40,333 nt of DNA from Thermoproteus sp. (lineage in GTDB: Archaea > Thermoproteota > Thermoprotei > Thermoproteales > Thermoproteaceae), in assembly GCA_049976425.1 (NCBI GenBank), contig JBMFIG010000013.1, positions 1 to 40,333 of the forward strand. Direction: 5' to 3'. The translations under genes were made by a program, and so were the position numbers. Positions 37,452 to 40,333 of the stretch are shown here, piece after piece. Every line of letters begins with the position of its first letter. Within the stretch, counting starts at the first letter, position 1. The notes under the pieces are model-generated. The model worked only from the letters and a program-made list of their open reading frames with translations. It was not told the DNA's origin and did no database searches.

Positions 37452-37569
37452 GGGCCCGTAGCTCAGCCCGGTAGAGCGGCGGTGGACCCGGCCAGATCCG
37501 CCGAGGCTTTTAACCCGTAGGTCGTGGGTTCGAAGGGGACGGCCCCCGAAACTCCCACCGGGCCCGCCA
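37452..37569 (+). tRNA. tRNA-Lys(UUU) with two non-canonical introns (30/31: 37483-37505; 59/60: 37535-37552), CCA encoded
   Basis: Spliced: GGGCCCG TA GCTC AGCCCGGTA GAGC G GCGGG CT TTT AA CCCGT AGGTC GTGGG TTCGAAT CCCAC CGGGCCC G CCA. Both introns fold into bulge-helix-bulge motifs. Confidence 0.95.
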
Positions 37570-37621
37570 GCGCGCCGTTTACGTAGACATCAAGCCTTTG
37601 TAGTCTGAAGTCTATATAAAA

Positions 37622-38158
37622 ATGACCGGTCTTGGCTTCGTGCAAGAGGCCTATTATCAAATAAATAGAGGAAAAGCTGTTGTGAGAAAACTCATCGCCG
37701 AGATGGCCTACATGGGACTTGTCGGCACCCTTGCTGTGCCTCCTTTCGGCGTTTTGAGAAGCCCGCTGGCCTCTATTATAACGCCGGAGATAGTCTCGGC
37801 GCTTGCCCTCGAGATCTTGAAAGACGACCCTAATGCCGTCCTCAACTCGAGATTGGGGCTGAGGCTGGGCGGGATCCCCGCTTGCGATATGTTGAAATAC
37901 CACGAGCTGTACGTCTTATGTAGGCTAGTTAAGGAGAACGGCGATAGGCCTCTGTACGCGGTCGTGGACGCGCTCGCGCCTCACCTGGGCGTGGCCCTAT
38001 CCAACCTGGGCTATAGGGAGGGCGATCTCTTGATAACAGCTCTCAGAGTCCTAAAGGGGGAGGCCAGCTCGGCGGAACAAGCCCAGCTGTTCAAGCTGTA
38101 CGACGAATGGGGCCTTTACGCGCACATCAACGTTCGACATAGCGGGCGGACGCTCTGA
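37622..38158 (+). CDS. Hypothetical protein
   Basis: 178-aa ATG ORF with host-like codon use, no family recognised. Confidence 0.7.
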   Translation: MTGLGFVQEAYYQINRGKAVVRKLIAEMAYMGLVGTLAVPPFGVLRSPLASIITPEIVSALALEILKDDPNAVLNSRLGLRLGGIPACDMLKYHELYVLCRLVKENGDRPLYAVVDALAPHLGVALSNLGYREGDLLITALRVLKGEASSAEQAQLFKLYDEWGLYAHINVRHSGRTL

Positions 38159-38750
38159 TGCGCCTCACGCCCTCGCGGACATCCTCGGCCAGGCGCCCCA
38201 ACGCCGAATAGCCCTCCCAGAAAGCCCTCTTGTAGTCCTCGCCCCTCTCGCCGTATGTATCCAGCACCCTCAACAGTACGTTGACGTCGCGCGCGAACTC
38301 CAGCACGGCCCTCCTGCCGGAGCCCTCTACGAAGTATCCGAGGCCCATATCGATGAAGTAGGGCCTAACGCCGCCTCGATAGATCACGTTGGTGAGGGCC
38401 AGATCCCCGTGGACTATGCCCGCCGCGTGTAGCCTCGCCACCATAGAGCCCACGTCGCCCAACACGTTCTTGCCGCTCTCCAGAAGATCCTTGGCCGTGG
38501 GGCCGTCGATATATTCCATGACTATGGCCGCCCGCTCCACGTCGAAGAAATACACGGCGGGCACGTCGACGCCGGCTTCGCGGGCCTTGGCCATAACCCT
38601 GACCTCGTTCAACGTCCTCCTAGACCTAATGGCCTTATCCAGCTCCGGATCCCTATAGCGCTTGGGCTTTCTGAGCTTCACGACGGCCCTCATGCCGAAC
38701 CAGTCCACCTCGTACAGATCGGCCTCGGCGCCTCTGGCTATGAGCCTCAT
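38127..38750 (-). CDS. bud32: KEOPS complex kinase/ATPase Bud32
   Basis: RGAEA, KLRKPKRYRDPELD, RTLNE, IVMEYIDG, VHGDLALTN, FIDMGL. ATG at 38750. Confidence 0.94.
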   Translation of the reverse strand: MRLIARGAEADLYEVDWFGMRAVVKLRKPKRYRDPELDKAIRSRRTLNEVRVMAKAREAGVDVPAVYFFDVERAAIVMEYIDGPTAKDLLESGKNVLGDVGSMVARLHAAGIVHGDLALTNVIYRGGVRPYFIDMGLGYFVEGSGRRAVLEFARDVNVLLRVLDTYGERGEDYKRAFWEGYSALGRLAEDVREGVRRIRASARYVER

Positions 38751-38783
38751 GAAAAACGAAAAAACCACAGCCCTAAGAACGTT

Positions 38784-39902
38784 GTGGCCTGGGCCCTCTA
38801 TAGGCCCGACGCGGTGGCCGTGTGGAGAGACGAGGTGGTGAGGGAGCGGCTTAGTTGGTACTACGCCGTGATGAGGGACAAGGCCCCGTCTAAGTTCCAC
38901 ATAGCGGCGCGCGTCGAGGCGCCGCGCGACTACGCCGAGCTCGACGACGAGAGGCTGTGGAGGCTCCACGAGGGGCTGGGCAGAGCCTTCGACGAGGAGT
39001 GGTCCGCCCAGAGGGAGAGGCCCGACGTGCGTCTGGTCGAGAAGAGCCTGCCAGAGGCCTCGTTCCTCGACGTCAAGATAGAGCTGGCGCGTAGGCAGCT
39101 GAGGCGGTGCAGCCTGTGCGAGAGGCGTTGCGGAGTGGACAGGACCAGGAGGAGGGGGGCCTGCCTGCTCGACGACAAGCCGAGGGTATCCAGCTGGTTC
39201 CTCCACATGGGCGAGGAGGCCCCGCTCGTCCCCTCGGGCACCGTCTTCTTCGCTGGTTGCAACTTCAGATGCGCCTTCTGCCAGAACTGGGACATATCGC
39301 AGAGGCCCGAAAACGGCGCGGAGGCCGCGCCGCGCCACCTCGCCCTAATACAGATCAAGCTGAGGGCTGAAGGGGCGCGGAACATAAATTGGGTGGGCGG
39401 CGAGCCTACCCCCAACATACCCTCCATACTCGAGTCCTTGAGGGAGCTCGCGGCGAGGAGGTTCAACGCGCCCCAGCTGTGGAACAGCAACATGTACCTA
39501 ACCCCCGAAGGCCTCTCGCTCATACTCCACGTGATGGACATCTGGCTCCCCGACTTCAAATATGGGAACAACGCCTGTGCTCTCCGGTACTCGGTAGTCC
39601 CCAGATACGTTGATGTGGTGGCCAGAAACCTCTCGACGATATGCAGGCGGGGCGAGGACGTGATAATCAGACACCTAGTGTTGCCGGGCCACGTGGACTG
39701 TTGCACCAAGCCGGTGCTCAAGTGGATTGCCGAGAACTGCCCGAGGGCCTTGGTGAACATAATGGACCAGTACCACCCCGACTATCTAGTCCCCACGATG
39801 GCCAAATACTCCGACATAAACCGGCTTGTGTCCGACGCAGAGATGAGAGAGGCATACCGCTACGCCGACGAGCTGGGCCTCGCCTGGCGCCAAGTCAGCT
39901 AG
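38784..39902 (+). CDS. Radical SAM protein, PflX-like (COG1313)
   Basis: CSLCERRCGVDR, HMGEE, SGTVFFAGCNFRCAFCQNWDISQ, NINWVGGEPTP, DIWLPDFKYG, IIRHLVLPG, NIMDQY.P. Confidence 0.9.
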   Translation: MAWALYRPDAVAVWRDEVVRERLSWYYAVMRDKAPSKFHIAARVEAPRDYAELDDERLWRLHEGLGRAFDEEWSAQRERPDVRLVEKSLPEASFLDVKIELARRQLRRCSLCERRCGVDRTRRRGACLLDDKPRVSSWFLHMGEEAPLVPSGTVFFAGCNFRCAFCQNWDISQRPENGAEAAPRHLALIQIKLRAEGARNINWVGGEPTPNIPSILESLRELAARRFNAPQLWNSNMYLTPEGLSLILHVMDIWLPDFKYGNNACALRYSVVPRYVDVVARNLSTICRRGEDVIIRHLVLPGHVDCCTKPVLKWIAENCPRALVNIMDQYHPDYLVPTMAKYSDINRLVSDAEMREAYRYADELGLAWRQVS

Positions 39903-39963
39903 GCTCTACAGAGCGTGAAGCCGGCACGTCTAAGATAGCCAAACCGCGATGGCGCGAGGTCGC

Positions 39964-40024
39964 TGGCGGGCCCGGTGGTATTCGAACCCACGACCTACAG
40001 GTTAAGAGCCGCGGCGGATCTGGC
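39964..40024 (-). pseudogene. 3'-half fragment of tRNA-Lys(CUU), including the 3' part of the 30/31 intron
   Basis: Minus strand GCCAGATCCGCCGCG|GCT-CTT-AACCTGTAGGTCGTGGGTTCGAATACCACCGGGCCCGCCA. No 5' exon upstream. C41T and C61A changes; the 59/60 intron is precisely absent. Confidence 0.85.
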
Positions 40025-40200
40025 TGACTTGGCATATGCCTAGGGCGGCGCATACGGCCCTAGGCGCATTAACGCGTCTAGGGCGCCGCCAGCGAGGCGT
40101 ATCTGCTTCTCCTCTCTCGCCCACGTCTCCACGCCCAGCGCCTTCAGCAAGGCGGCGATCCTCACGTAGTCCGCCTCGCGCCCTCTCTCGGTGTGTTGCA
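40025..40200 (-). pseudogene. Frameshifted C-terminal remnant resembling PaRep2b repeat-family proteins
   Basis: Minus strand EADYVRIAALLKALGVETWAREEKQIRLAGGALDALMRLGP, then a frameshift to VCAALGIC. Resembles PaRep2b C-termini as I recall them. Confidence 0.55.
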
Positions 40201-40333
40201 GACTTCGGCAAGCCGCTCCCGCCAGCGCCGAGCTTCTCGGCGTGTGGAAGCCACGCCGCTATACATCTCTATATACGGGGGAGTTTTTCAAAAGCCTCGG
40301 CGCGGCTGTGGAGGCGCCGTTTTAAAACAGTAG

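Noticed and set aside
37463-37903. 146-aa minus ORF ending in FEPTTYGLKA, resembling a split-integrase fragment
   Set aside because: Antisense translation of the tRNA and the downstream gene. No tyrosine-recombinase motifs anywhere in the window.
38751-39338. Extension making Bud32 look like a 403-aa fusion
   Set aside because: Antisense shadow of the PflX-like gene, with no Kae1 motifs.
37570-39963. Segment between the two inverted tRNA-Lys copies as an integrated or invertible element
   Set aside because: Att repeats flanking an element are normally direct, the anticodons differ, and the enclosed genes (bud32, PflX-like) are core genes.
1-40333. CRISPR arrays, cas genes, rRNA genes, IS transposases
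   Set aside because: No regularly spaced direct repeats, rRNA sequence or transposase motifs seen.

Overview
Core-genome window of a GC-rich hyperthermophilic crenarchaeon of the order Thermoproteales, most likely a Thermoproteus species. This is inferred from ThermoDBP, AGOG, a crenarchaeal EndA, a tRNA with two non-canonical introns and a PaRep2b-like remnant. It is mostly densely packed housekeeping genes: Rqc2, EndoIV, TruD, uL14, AhcY, SerRS, GlyRS, Rpo12, PriL, Bud32, an archaeal mevalonate-pathway operon and a class II ribonucleotide reductase with a LAGLIDADG intein. Elements missing from the ORF track are tRNA-Lys(UUU) with introns at 30/31 and 59/60, an inverted 3'-half copy of a tRNA-Lys(CUU) fused to a PaRep2b-like relic, up to five box C/D guide RNAs, and two microproteins (RHH and SHOCT-like). 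The best candidate for an undescribed system is 31172-35284: a translationally coupled trio of a 946-aa AAA+/coiled-coil/winged-helix ATPase, a 166-aa unknown protein and a NurA-family nuclease with intact-looking motifs, with no HerA, Mre11 or Rad50 in the window. Its neighbours are the ssDNA-binding ThermoDBP, an RHH regulator, a minimal MinD/ParA ATPase and a VirB2/TedC-like pilin. Short, very AT-rich synonymous-codon patches recur inside many conserved genes. All family calls come from motif recognition by eye; no searches were run.
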